The notes beneath the pieces are model-generated. The model was not told where the DNA came from. It made no database searches and worked only from the letters and a program-made list of their open reading frames with translations. The position numbers and the translations under genes were made by a program. From assembly GCA_964016885.1 (NCBI GenBank), contig OZ024749.1, positions 46,500,001-46,564,000 on the forward strand: 64,000 bases of DNA, in the 5' to 3' direction. Below, in pieces: positions 27,568 through 42,094 of this stretch. Within the stretch, counting starts at the first letter, position 1. Each line of letters opens with the position of its first letter. Source of the DNA: Eledone cirrhosa (taxonomy: Eukaryota).

Positions 27568-27628
27568 TTTCATTCTGATGATTGAAAGCAACATTTATTT
27601 GCTTTTAAGAAACCACTGGTAAATGAAA
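27568..27628 (+). ncRNA. Type I hammerhead ribozyme motif
   Basis: tttcatt-CTGATGA-ttgaaagcaa[catttat]ttgcttttaa-GAAA-cca[c]tgg-TA-aatgaaa. Helices I and II pair fully, helix III is near-palindromic, and the cleavage triplet is GUA. Confidence 0.8.
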
Positions 27629-27699
27629 TAATTGCCTTATGTTGTTTATTACATAACTATATATATATATATAAGTATGTGTACGTACATACATATATC

Positions 27700-27866
<167 letters not shown>

Positions 27867-27897
27867 TTATAAGTATGTATACGTACATACATATATC

Positions 27898-27950
<53 letters not shown>

Positions 27951-27953
<3 letters not shown>

Positions 27954-28215
27954 GGAACATTGCTTAGTGGTTAGAGCATTGGGCCTGCAATCGAAAGGTT
28001 GTGAGTTCAATTCTCGGACCGGATGATGTCTTGTTTCCTTGAGCAAGACACTTTATTTCACGTTGCTCCAGTTTACACAGCTGTAGAAATGAGATGAAGA
28101 GGTACCGGCCTGCCCGCCCAGCCAGTGGGATAACGTTATCTTATGGCTAAAATAACATAACGTGCTGTGATCAACGGCGCCGTTTGGACGCCCGATAGGC
28201 TGGTCTGTCAAGGTG
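27951..28215 (+). mobile_element. tRNA-derived SINE family 2 (V/CORE-like body) in (TA)n
   Basis: A-box-like TGCTTAGTGG, B-box GAGTTCAATTC, then tccttgagcaagacactt...tgctccagt...cagctg. Confidence 0.7.
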
Positions 28216-28271
28216 ATATATATATATATATATACGTATATATATATACGTATATATATATATATATATCT

Positions 28272-28307
<36 letters not shown>

Positions 28308-28941
28308 ATACTATATGCATTATATAAAAGGCATACCTATTTTGAATAATAATAATAATTAAATTTAAAATATAATTAATAATAAAAACAATAATCAATA
28401 TTAAAATCTAAAGACGAAATGCACACAAAATCAAGATTGAAATGATACTAAACCAGCCTGTCTAATATAGGTATATATTATTTCATACAATATAGGTAAT
28501 GTAAAGTAAAATATATTTATATCCGTTCAATATTTAGTATTTGTTTTCTCGAATTTGGCGTCTTAATTCTACAGCTGTATCAGCTTTATTAATAGCCTGT
28601 GTTTTCTTATAAATTTGCTGATATTCTTCTTCTTATTGTTGTTGTCTTTCTCGTTTACATGAACGTGAGACATTTCTCTGCCAAATATATTCCTGTATAC
28701 GTATAAATAAAAACCAACAACATAATTTATGTATAGCAGTTTATGATTATATGCAGAAGCAGGTACACTTGTAGTGATACATACCAATATGCATCATATG
28801 CACGAACATATAACATAAACGCCATACACACACACGCAAATATATATATATATATATATATATACTTTAAAACTGATAGATTATGGTCTTCTAAATGTTT
28901 TTAATTAATCATAGAGTATATTGCCAAATATACTATACATA

Positions 28942-29033
<92 letters not shown>

Positions 29034-29050
29034 AGAAATTAAAATAAGGT

Positions 29051-29326
29051 TAAAAAAGTTCCACATATTTTATTATGCGCATTTCAAAAACAAATATCAT
29101 CCTGGGACAATAGTTGCGTTCTCATCAGATAAAATAAGGTAACATGATATGATGCCTAAAAAAACACTTGTGAACAAAGAAATGTCAACTAGACACTTTC
29201 TTGTTCACAAGTGTTTTTTTAGGCATCATATCATGTTCCCTTATTTTATCTGATGAGAACGCAGCTATTGTCCCAGGATTATAATTGTCTTTGAAAGGCG
29301 CATAATAACATTTATGGAACTTTTTA
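29051..29326. mobile_element. Fold-back mini-element family C next to (TA)n
   Basis: Imperfect inverted arms of ~135 bp centred near 29188, carrying hammerhead motifs. Confidence 0.72.
29066..29136 (-). ncRNA. Type I hammerhead ribozyme motif with palindromic helix III (mutated plus-strand copy at 29242-29310)
   Basis: Reverse complement reads tattttat-CTGATGA-gaac...gttttt-GAAA-tgcgca-TA-ataaaata. 8-bp helix I and self-complementary ATGCGCAT. Confidence 0.68.
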
Positions 29327-29432
29327 AAGCATCTTTTACTTTCTTCTATATATACTCCAGTTCTATCATTGTTGAGTGCTACTTATCTGATATATGCATA
29401 GTTTTATTGTTCTACAATAAAACTCACCTCCT

Positions 29433-29466
<34 letters not shown>

Positions 29467-29874
29467 GTATATATATATATATCCAAATGTTTCACCCCAT
29501 TATGCGTCATTATATTATTTTACCTTTAATTCTCGTTCTGTAGGAAAAAATATGCAAACGTTTTCAACGTGAAGACAAAATCGATTAATACAACAAGGAG
29601 TTTCGAGATGCAGTCTCTCATTATCTAAGGGTACCAACATATTCTGTGGGATCACGGATCAAATGAATAATTATTTTAGAACAGATATCGTTTCTCGTAA
29701 ATATTTTGCAATTTAGTAACCGCCTGTTACTCTTACTTTCCTCCTGTCTACCAATGTGTCACTCGTTTCTACAATTTGCTCCCTTCATTAAATGCAAACT
29801 ATATTTCATCTAATAAAGCATACCTTGTCGTAGTTAAGCAAATATGTTGCAGACTCTAATCATGTCCTATATGG

Positions 29875-29921
<47 letters not shown>

Positions 29922-30382
29922 AAATATTCAACATAAATTTAAATGGCTATCTGCATACTTTTACTTTGATTACCGCTCATGTGAACATTCAAATTAATTG
30001 TCTATCATATTAATCTCGCTATATTTTAATCATGCAGATATTTCGTAGTTATAGAATAAACAACACAATTATTATTATATGAACAGACATGTTTATATAC
30101 AACGATATCTGGTTTGATAAATATACATCTTGAGATAAAATATCTTCGGGGACTTTAAACCTAGAATTATGCATATAAAAAATAATGATTCATCCGATAA
30201 TAACCCTCCCTTAAAAATGCCTAAACTATCATAACATTGTTTATAGTTATATAGAACAGTTAACAGTAACAGTATAGTAGAAACATAGCAAATAATATCA
30301 AAATATTTTTTATGGACTTAGGCAGATTCCCATCTAAAGGTTGACTCCCCGCGAGAACATGTTCATTTCTATTCTGACAAAC

Positions 30383-30442
<60 letters not shown>

Positions 30443-31552
30443 TTACCTACATAGAAGACGAGGTTCAATATTAAATAAATGAAACTTTCTATGACAAGGT
30501 AGGGAAAATGGAATAGTTGTCTGGGTACATAAACAGAAAAAAAAAGTTATCGGCTCTCGAATAATTTTCAGTATTAAATCAAATAATTTTTCCAATGATT
30601 ATATATATATAAATATATTTGGTTTTTGTTTTTCCTCACTTTTTTTATGTCTATGAAAACTTTACTTGTAAGCAACAATAAAAAAACAACAAAAAAACAA
30701 AAACAAAACAAAACAAAACAAAAGAAAACAAAAAGATGTTCATCAAATCAGATATAGTTTTGACGTATGAAATAAAATAATTATCTGAGTAAGCGGGGAA
30801 AGAAGTTTATAATTCAACCAGAAATAAACAACGAACAGAAAATATTATAAGACAACAAAACAGCTGCAGCTTAAAAAACACGAGATAAACTTTGTTGCAA
30901 TGTAAAGCGTATTTTAAAGCCGTGTTCAAATCTTACTGATGGTGGATTTTGTTTCATGTTTTCTGCTTATTGTGTGCTAATTCGGGTCAAAACAGGAAAA
31001 TGACAACTTTAATAATTCAGTAACCTTCCACTACAACATATAATAATATATGGAGATGCTGGGTGATTTGATTCCTGGTTCGTTGTACATTGGGAAACTG
31101 TGAAAATATCACATCTGTAGTGTCATTGATAATAGGTAAGATGCATGAGTTTTGGACTAGGGCGAAATAACTAAAATTTAGTCACCGCATCTACTGTCAC
31201 ATGATAGTTATCGAGGTCATTCGAACTATTACAAATCGGAACTAAATATTTTTCACATGAGACAGGAAAGATAAATTAGTTAATGTCATCTTAGAACCAC
31301 AATGACTGTCAATATAAAATACGACATAGCGGGGAACTGTATCACCTGTGATTAGATGTTTTGGCTTCATCACAGCTGACATTAACCAAATCAAGTATTA
31401 TTTAAACATTTAGGAAGAGCAAATGAATCACTTTCTAATAACAGCCCTCCACTTTTTATAGGAAACATTGAACATTTTAATCCTGCTTACATCAAAAGGC
31501 AAGATAGTTGCAATTGAACCATGTTTTTGGTCTTCCAAAGTGTGTGAAAATA

Positions 31553-31757
31553 ACTGTTTCAAATTTTGGCACAAGACCAATAATTTTAGGTGAGAGAAAA
31601 TTTGATGAAAGTGATCCCATTGCATTACTGGTACTTTATTTTATGTATCCATACGTTTAAAATGCAAAACTATGTAAGGCGGGATTTAACCTTAGAACAT
31701 AAAGTGACGTATCTGTATGTTTTGTCCGACACTCTACTGATACTGCCAATCCACCGT
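31553..31757 (-). mobile_element. SINE family 1, degenerate
   Basis: ggcacaag...ctggtactttatttt...actgccaatccacc. Confidence 0.7.
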
Positions 31758-31849
31758 CTTATTGCGTAAATATAATAGGTAGAACAACCACGAAAAAAAA
31801 TAACAACAATAAATAATATATGAAAATCAAAAACAACGGCAACAATAAT

Positions 31850-32037
31850 AACTGTCTCTACTTTAAGCACAAGGCCAGCAATTACCCAGTGCATTACTGG
31901 TACTTTATTTTAATGACCCCGTAAGGATGAAAGGCAAAGTCAACCTCGGCGGGATTTGAACTCAGATCGTAAATGGACGTAACTATGCTGGAAAGCATGG
32001 CGTCCGACCCTCTACTGATACTGCCACTCCACCGCCC
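31850..32037 (-). mobile_element. SINE family 1
   Basis: Full-length match to the other copies. Confidence 0.85.
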
Positions 32038-32437
32038 AATCAACAGCAACAATAATAACAACATTAAAACTGCAACAAATTTGCTTCCAAACGCCAAACT
32101 GCTCTCATCAAACTACATGAATATAAAAACCTTTAGATATTCACCAACTCCAACGATACATTTGACAACAAATCTTCGAAAAAAATCCATAAGTGATTAT
32201 TTATGTCGAAGTAGAATTTAGCAACTTTTCTCTCCTTAGAATAGTATAACAGTTTTTCAGCCAACATTTTGATTTATGACTTTCTCGGATATATTTCTTG
32301 TAAAATAATGTGAAATACAAAGAAGTATTTAATCTTGATCAACGTCCTGATATTTCTAAATTATCAAAAATAATCATAGAAATACATATATAAACTTCAA
32401 AAATCATATGAATACATAACTCGTGATAACATTTCAT

Positions 32438-32472
<35 letters not shown>

Positions 32473-33192
32473 CTTGTTTATTTATTGTTCTTTCTCCTCG
32501 TAATGTCGTACACAATTCATAGGATGGAATCCAAACGCAAATCATTAAATTCGAAATGACCAAACTCTCCAAAATCAACATTTGAACAAATTGTTCTTAT
32601 TTTCTTAGTTTTATTCTCTTTTCTGATTTTTGTTTTTTTGTTACATTTTTATATTTATTTATTTCTTAAGAGAGAAATAATACTGCTTTATTATTTCTTT
32701 CTGTGTCTGGTTTTGTTCGGGGGTGATTTTTACAGTCAGCTCCTTGCAAATCCGTCAAATATCTTTGATCAATTTTTCTTTGAACAGGCAACCATGTTCA
32801 GCATAAATCGATAAGTATTCATTGCACAGGCAACTTCTTTCACTTCATTAGCCTCAATTCAAAAGCTCTTTTACAACTGTCATAGTTTTCAGAGTATAAG
32901 AAATGCCAAAAAGTATCGTGTGGAAACCAAACAACAATATGAAGAGCAACAAAAACTATAGTACAAAAGAATTAAATGTAAACATATATAAAATTCAGGG
33001 AAAATCAAAGAGAGCGAGAGAGAAGAGATAGGTAGAAGGACAGATATATATAGAGATAAAAGGAGAAAGATGGAGATCGGAAGATATATAGAGAAAGATG
33101 TAGACAGATATATAGAGGGAGACATAGAGAAATAGAGGGATAGAAATAAATATAGAGATAGTGGGAGCTATATATATATATATATATATATA

Positions 33193-33534
<342 letters not shown>

Positions 33535-34025
33535 AATATCTCTGAATACCTTATTAATTGAAAATTATAGAAAACTGCATGCAACATTATCGCAGTGCTG
33601 ATTATGCTTCAGGGCAAGACAGTCAGAAAGTAGAGATTCAATGTTGATAGTTGAATTACTGTAGCTATTTAACCCTAGGTCAACTATGATTGGCGAACCA
33701 TTTAATCACAAGCATTCCAGCAATGACCATCTTGAACATGTATGTAGAGCAGTGTCCTGGTTCTCCCACCTTTTCAAGATGTGACAGAGGAAAGCTGGCT
33801 ACTATATCTAGTCGACTGATTGCCTCCTGAAGTATATATTGCGCCAAGATTAGAAGATATTTGACAACTCAGAATTTAATGTTGACTGACTGAGTTCTAT
33901 CTTTTTCTCAGCAATCTATAAGAATAAGTCGCAAGTAGATAAACTGATAAGAAGGGAGTGAGGCTATTTCTGTGAAATATTGCGTGCATTAACTTCAACT
34001 CCTCTTATTAATTGCTGAATTGTGA

Positions 34026-34243
34026 GGGTGGTGGATTGGCAGTATCGGTAGAGGGTTGGACGCCATACTTTGCAGCATTGAGTTACGGCCCTTTATGATC
34101 TAAGTTCAAATCCCGCTGAGGTTAACTTTGCCTTTGATCCTTACGGAGTCGAGAAAATAAAGTACCAGTCACGCACTGGGGTCGATTTAATCGACTTTCC
34201 CCTCCCACAGAATTGCTGGCCTTGTGCCTATATAAGAAACCAT
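34026..34243 (+). mobile_element. SINE family 1, long-tail variant
   Basis: Matches the reverse complement of 7247-7463. Confidence 0.85.
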
Positions 34244-34428
34244 CAATTACTGCGTTGTTTCCTTCCAAGGACTATGTTGAAAAATAAACCTCAGAATGTA
34301 TCTTGTTCACCCTATGAGCATTTCAGCCTTAGAAACTTTCAGCTAAACCCCGTATTATTTGAACAGTTGTAGCTATTGACCAAGGCGCCTAACGATAGGA
34401 GTAGTTTTAATTGTACATGCTCTAAAGA

Positions 34429-34659
34429 ATTAATTGATTATAATCAGGTGCTATATTGAACTGCTCCCAATGAAATGACATGGGTTGCGATACATTGTAG
34501 CTTAATGAATTGTCATTAAGCTACAATGTATCGCAACCCATGTCATTTCATTGGGAGCAGTTCAATATACCACGTGATTATAATAAGTTACAATGTATCG
34601 CATCCCATGTCATTTCATTGGGAGCAGGTCGATATACCACGTGATTATAATCAATTAAT
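34429..34659. repeat. MITE-like inverted repeat with a 67-bp tandem duplication in the right arm
   Basis: Termini ATTAATTGATTATAATCA...TGATTATAATCAATTAAT; centre 34509-34512; unit 34518-34584 repeated at 34585-34651. Confidence 0.7.
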
Positions 34660-35709
34660 CCTTTTCTATTATATTTCTGTTAATGTTTGTGTTATTTTAG
34701 GCCTGAATGAGTAGACGTACAACCAGAGTCTTTTCCGTTGTGAATCTTTCAGCTTTTGATACATCTAGTATCAATATATACAAATGGTCACTTTCGATTT
34801 GAAGAAGGTTGTGTATCATTCAAGTGAGACTTGGAAGCTATATCTAGCAGTAGTAACATAATGAAGAGCGTATTTCACTGGATTTTACTGTTTATGTTAA
34901 TAGTCTTTAATAACAGCAACTCTGATTTCTATCTCATGAGATACGCATGTTATCCAAGACAAATGAAATTCCACTGCCAGGATATGTACTCAATTAAAGA
35001 TTGCCTGGTAATCTCACATTCTCTTGACTCATATAAGTTCAGTACATACGAAAGAAATATTTCTGTCAAAAAAATAGTTGTTGAGCCAATAGTTTACAGC
35101 TGGCATGTTAACAGTCACTAGAGACGTCTAGGTCCACCTGCACATGTATAATGGATATTATTCTATCTCATGAAGCGGATGAAACAGGTGTTTGATATAG
35201 GATGGTGTGTTAGTTGTATTAGACTACAGGCATTAATGAAGAAAGAAAGATGAATTATATAATTATTGCTTGATCAAACCTTTGACATTAGTATCAAAGA
35301 AATGTTTCAGAAATCAGTCAGGGAGGCGCGATGTTATGACTTTTCCGTCTGTGAATGTCTATGATGACTAATTGAAACCGCGCTGGTGAATCACCGTAGC
35401 AGCGTGTATGTTAATTTATAACTTCAGCTAATGTGATCAACTATTACATGAGTATTATTGAATATGATATACTATTCTACAGCCTTAACCACATACATCA
35501 CTATTGCGTTCTAAACAATGATGGATTCTCTAAAATAACATTAACTTTGCTAAAGATGATAGACAAATATCCATAAAATTCTATATCATGATGCATAATT
35601 TAGACAATGCAGTACTCGTTTAGGGAGGTATGATTAGAAAGCTTGTGCTTATAAGTCTACTCAATCATATTTCACTTTGTTTTATATAACATAGAACAAG
35701 TGCGAGACG

Positions 35710-35909
35710 NNNNNNNNNNNNNNNNNNNNNNNNNNNNNNNNNNNNNNNNNNNNNNNNNNNNNNNNNNNNNNNNNNNNNNNNNNNNNNNNNNNNNNNNNNN
35801 NNNNNNNNNNNNNNNNNNNNNNNNNNNNNNNNNNNNNNNNNNNNNNNNNNNNNNNNNNNNNNNNNNNNNNNNNNNNNNNNNNNNNNNNNNNNNNNNNNNN
35901 NNNNNNNNN
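35710..35909. other. Assembly gap (200 N)
   Basis: Run of 200 n; sequences on either side may not be truly adjacent. Confidence 1.
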
Positions 35910-36053
35910 AATATTAGTGTATTTCTAGATTGAAATGAATTATGTTCATGTTTTCCCGGAACAATCTATATCATTAAAATGACAAACAGATGTTGTTTGC
36001 TTCTATAAATACATAATAGCCATGAATATTATTCATTTTTTTTCTTTTTTCAG

Positions 36054-36107
36054 TGGGAATATAAAACATATCTTTTTATCAGATTTAAAGCATTTGATGT
36101 TTATGAT
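36054..36107 (+). CDS. Candidate 54-nt internal exon of an unidentified host gene (WEYKTYLFIRFKAFDVYD)
   Basis: Long polypyrimidine tract ending CAG, an open 18-codon frame and a consensus GTAAGT donor. Confidence 0.3.
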
Positions 36108-36458
36108 GTAAGTTAAATAGATTGGAACAAGATAAATGCATTTCTTGAATATACGCATATTGAAACGTTAAGATAATTGTAAAAAACGAAATACACAATC
36201 GCATCTCAACATTGGGGATTAATATGAAAGGCAAAACAATTGTTGATATGAATTTATTTTCTAAATAATATTTTGAAAGAAGAAAGAAAAAAGTAAAATA
36301 GGCGAAAAATAAGATAGGAAAATAAAATTCACACTAAAACAATATTACATTCTTACAATCACGTTCCCATCACCATTCAGATTTCATTGATGATGGCCGC
36401 GTTTAAAAATATATGAATATATCTATATAAATATATATTTCTCTCTTTCTCTCTCCCC

Positions 36459-36545
<87 letters not shown>

Positions 36546-36559
36546 CATACTCACACATA

Positions 36560-36631
<72 letters not shown>

Positions 36632-37238
36632 GATACATAAATACACACATATATACTACATTTATCTCCATACAAAGATATTTGATTTTTTTCAAACGAA
36701 CGCAGATCCGTTGAAACAATGCACAGTTAAATATCAGATACTGAAACTAATAAATTAATAACACTAAGAATAAGGTTATATGAAATTTATCGCAAATATC
36801 TACGAACTGCTACGAAATAACAAAACAAAGATGTTACTACAAACAATAAGATGATCAAGAAGAAAGCATACATTGATTAAAACTACTACAACGATATAAG
36901 CAATGAAATAATCTTAAAACGAACAAGCTTGGTATTAACATTACCAAACAACATATCAATATACGTATATTTCGAGTTGAAAATATTCTGTAAAATCAAT
37001 TAATATTCGAAAGCTTCCGTTTTATGTAACAAACAGAAGTTACAAAGAAATTGAAGCAAAATGGCGAATGTATGAAATATATCTCGAACGTTGGAAAAAA
37101 AATGCTTTGTAAATACAGAAATTTCTATGAAAGTAATTGGAAATATTAATATCATTTATTTCTGTACAGTGTGTATAAAGACACAAACACGGACCTATAT
37201 ATGTGTGCGTGCGTTAAATATATATATATATATATATA

Positions 37239-37440
37239 CGTTATTCCGGGTTGAATCGGAGGTAACCACAGTAAGTAAGGTACTCAATACATAGCAGAGT
37301 ATAACAGTTTTAATATAGATGAGATTCTACAGGACTAGAACTGTTTCATTCTTTAGAAATCATCAGGAATCTCAGATTCCTGATGATTTCTAAAGAATGA
37401 AACAGTTCTAGTCCTGTAGAATCTCATCTATATTAAAACT
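37239..37440. mobile_element. Fold-back mini-element family A (unique leader + perfect 67-bp-arm palindrome) in (TA)n
   Basis: 37306-37372 is the exact reverse complement of 37374-37440. The leader is nearly identical to 26273-26340. Confidence 0.8.
37374..37424 (+). ncRNA. Type I hammerhead ribozyme motif (identical copy on minus strand, 37322-37372)
   Basis: agattc-CTGATGA-tttctaaagaat-GAAA-cag[ttctagtc]ctg-TA-gaatct. Helix I 6 bp, helix III 4 bp, weak helix II. Confidence 0.7.
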
Positions 37441-38819
37441 ATATATATATATATATATATGAGATAGAGAGAGGGGTATTTTATGCGTTGTCTCATTAAT
37501 CACTAGAAAAAGTAGCTGCACCCTTATTTATCTTTAAAATTATGTTAGGGATATATTTTTATTTGATCCTACATACAACAAATCTGAAAATCATAAATAC
37601 CCTATTTCTTCACATTAAGGACTGTTTGAGAGCTAAGCAGGAACACATCAGGTGATGAACGATCGACGGAGAAGAATCAGTATATTCGTATTGAACATGA
37701 TAAAAATAACATGTAAGCCATAACATAATTTAGAATGCCACACTAGAAAATCAATTTATACATATGGATAACAAAGTGAAATTGTCATGGATGGAATGAA
37801 TGCAATGATAGCTGGAGTCAATCAAACAGCAACCTTAAATCCTGTAGGTGAAATATATAAACACACCATCCTGCGATCAATACAGCGTTATATAACCGAA
37901 TTTCAGTTTATTTCCAATTGTGAATAAAGAAAGCAAAAAAATATAATTAAATATTACATTCATGGAGATTTTTTAACAGCTACAAAATATCTTTCATTAT
38001 TTATATAATATTTCAATGCATAAACTTGACTAGCTTTCAGATATTTTAGTGATGTAGCCTATCAGAATTAGTGCCATTTTCAAATAGATATTTCGAATTT
38101 ATCTTTTCATTCAATAGTTAGATTTTATAGAATTTACATTTCAAAGTTCTTTCGAATTTTCTTTAATCTATACTTGCTAGAAGCTCCAACTCGTAGAACT
38201 CAATTGTTAAGCTTTTAGATAGTATATATTTTATGTGAGAAGTGATTATACTTTGGGAGTTTCGTACGGCTTCTTATAAGCTGCGATTACTAGTTCGTTG
38301 TAGTTGTACTGTCAACATTCTATTTATTGAAGTGAAATATTATTACAACGAATCATAAAACACAAAAAATAATTATATTAAATTATATTTTATATATCTC
38401 CTAAACTGTGATAGCCGGTGGCTAAAACGCAGAAATGCTTATAATATAATATACAGTGTTTAAAAAAAATAGATAACATTTGTAATGTAAATATCTCAGA
38501 AACTACAAAGTCTAGAGCATGCTGGTTAAAATATATATTGGGAGTTAGTGTGATGATGTTGAAAAAATTTGAGGAATACATCTTAAGTTGCTCAAAATTA
38601 AATCTGCTCAGTGTCATTTAACTAGACACTAGTGATTCTAAATTGAAACGGGTTGTTTTGATAATCCCAGTATTTATTCTACTATCACCAATGTTTTGCC
38701 ACGCCTTTCCAATCTTGATTGAGAAAACATATTACTAAACACATTTTTCCTTCTGGCAGCGCCCTGTCATGATAAGTTTATTAAGGTTGCTATCTGCATG
38801 TAAGACAATACGCTAGAAA

Positions 38820-38904
<85 letters not shown>

Positions 38905-39052
38905 CATACATATACGAACCTCAATATGAAACCTCGCTTTGTTCTTAATATACACACTCTGCTATAACATAGATAGCTAATATAGGTACCTTCTTCCGAA
39001 TAGCAAACATCTACTGAATCAACTAATATGTTTATATACATAAGTGATTATA

Positions 39053-39118
<66 letters not shown>

Positions 39119-39140
39119 GTATATATACACCCCCTCCCCC

Positions 39141-39184
<44 letters not shown>

Positions 39185-39193
39185 TATATATAT

Positions 39194-39239
<46 letters not shown>

Positions 39240-39706
39240 ATACATATATATATATATGTGTGTGTATCTGTGTGTGTGCGGGTGCTTGTGTGTGTGTGTG
39301 TGTGTGCGTGCGGGTGTGTGCTTACATCCGTGTCTCTGTTTGTGACTGTGTAAGTGTTTGCATGAGTGTGTCAGTAGTGTCCAGATGCTCATCCAATAAA
39401 TATATTAAGGTCGTGACCCAGCATGACTATATTCCAATGAGAATAAAACCATAAAATAATAAACACATCATTTTTATTTCAGTAGAAATAACGACGATGG
39501 CATACTGGTAGTATCGGTAACGAGAAGATATGATCTTCGAAGATAACGACACATAATGAAACACGATAATGCTTAAGTACCAAAGCTATAATTTTGTCAG
39601 TTATTTCACATAGTTGAGGAAAAAAATTCGAGAATTGGTATTACGCGGTTTTCTAAAGCGGAATACCCACACGCACGCACACGTACATACATATCAATCT
39701 AACCAC

Positions 39707-39794
<88 letters not shown>

Positions 39795-39798
39795 TCTG

Positions 39799-39829
<31 letters not shown>

Positions 39830-39880
39830 TCTGCTTTGGAAAGCAAAATATATATATCCACATATACAAACACACACATA

Positions 39881-39968
<88 letters not shown>

Positions 39969-40124
39969 TACACACACATATGCATATACGTACGCAGTAT
40001 TTGTCATTTAATTTTAACTGTTGGAGAAATTTGAGAGTTTTGGGAGTGAAAGATAAGAACAATGAGCATAAATTCTGAGAATGAGGAAATGAAAGTAAAA
40101 TGAAATAGAGACATGTATATATAT

Positions 40125-40173
<49 letters not shown>

Positions 40174-40175
40174 TA

Positions 40176-40247
<72 letters not shown>

Positions 40248-40713
40248 TACATATATATGGAGAGAGAGAGAGATATAGATAGAAAGATAGAGAGAGAGAT
40301 AGATAGATAGAGAGAGAGAGAGATAGAGAGAAGTAGTTGTAGATAAATGTGGAGAATATGTATATTCAATATTTGGTATTCAATAAATGGCTTAAAACGT
40401 TTCAGAGATATATTTGATAGAAGATGCAGCATGACTACATGAGTCATGTTACCCGTTACATACACTTGAAACGAAGAAAAAGATCACACAGTTCGATCGT
40501 TCGATCAGAGACTTGAATACTATACGTTTATTAGAGAACTGGAGGTGGTAACTAGAGTATAAGTGGGTATATTGGCTCTCTGTTAGGATACGAGATAATT
40601 CTGCTATGATGTAAGGAATTTCCGCGGGTAGACTGTGTAGAAGAAATATTGTTGTGTTTGTGAAAATCAAACTAAGATTTATGCTAAATTACACACATAT
40701 CTATATATTTACT

Positions 40714-40761
<48 letters not shown>

Positions 40762-40785
40762 CACACACACACATATATATATACT

Positions 40786-40902
<117 letters not shown>

Positions 40903-41152
40903 TACATGCATATAGCCATATTTTCCTCCAACTTTATTTAAACACTCATATATAATAAACGCACAGAATTCAGAAACATGACGTCCCCAAAAGTCTTGTC
41001 ATGAAAAGGTGTAACAATCGTTATTCTCACATCCACGCAGACATACACACGTACACCACATAAACACTTACACGTGTTTAATGGACATATATTTATACTT
41101 ATATATACGTATGTACACACATATACACGCGCCCACACACATGCATATATAT

Positions 41153-41217
<65 letters not shown>

Positions 41218-41257
41218 TATATATATGTATATATATGTATATATATATATATATATA

Positions 41258-41347
<90 letters not shown>

Positions 41348-42017
41348 CCAACTGTTGAGTGTTACTTATCTGTATATGCAGAATTTTATTGTTCTACAAT
41401 ATTACTCACCCTCTATATATACATATATATATATTCATCGAAATGATGCATTATGTAACGAGCTGAAATTACGTCTTCTGTTATAAACGTTTTCTCTTTC
41501 TAATATTTAGATGGATGTTTCCGAATGGAAAAAAAAAAAAATCATTATTGCCATTTTCCATGTATTCTGGTCTTCTTGACGGTAATTACCTGTACTGCTA
41601 TAGCTCTTTCTTATATACTATTTTTGTTGTTAAAGGTATTGATTGATTCTTCTTCAAAAGAACAATTTGCTTTTGCAGTTGATATAGTTTTTGTTGCTGC
41701 TGCTAGTGTTGTTGTAGCTCTTCTTATTGTTTCCTTGTTGATTAGCCTCAGTTCAGCACTATATAATAAAAATGCATGTGGAATCACCGTTTCTGCCATA
41801 AACTGCCTTGTTTTATTGTTTGTTGTTGTTTATTCTTTCAGGTAGAGCGTATGTGGTATTATTTCATCCAATGCTGCATTTGTTAAGTTTCTATGTTTTC
41901 ATTTATGAAGACTTGGCTGCTATGTCTTGCAAATCGTTTGACTCGGTATATACTTGTTCTTGTTCTATAATAATAGTTATATATTTATGCTTGAGTTATA
42001 CTATGAAATCAATACTC

Positions 42018-42094
42018 GAGGGGGTCGATAAAATAAAGTACCAGTAACGCACTGGGTAATTGCTGGCCTTGTGCCAGAAAAGTAGAAACAATTA
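42018..42094 (+). mobile_element. SINE family 1, 3' fragment
   Basis: ggggtcgataaaataaagtaccagt...tagaaacaatt. Confidence 0.8.

Larger units (their letters stand above)
27398..27660. mobile_element. Fold-back mini-element family B in (TA)n
   Basis: Leader 27398-27459; arms 27460-27554 and 27566-27660, each carrying a hammerhead motif. Confidence 0.78.

Noticed and set aside
35700-35933. ORF spanning X residues
   Set aside because: It lies across the assembly gap.
41525-41845. 106-aa hydrophobic ORF as a membrane protein
   Set aside because: T-rich low-complexity sequence with no motif or splice support.
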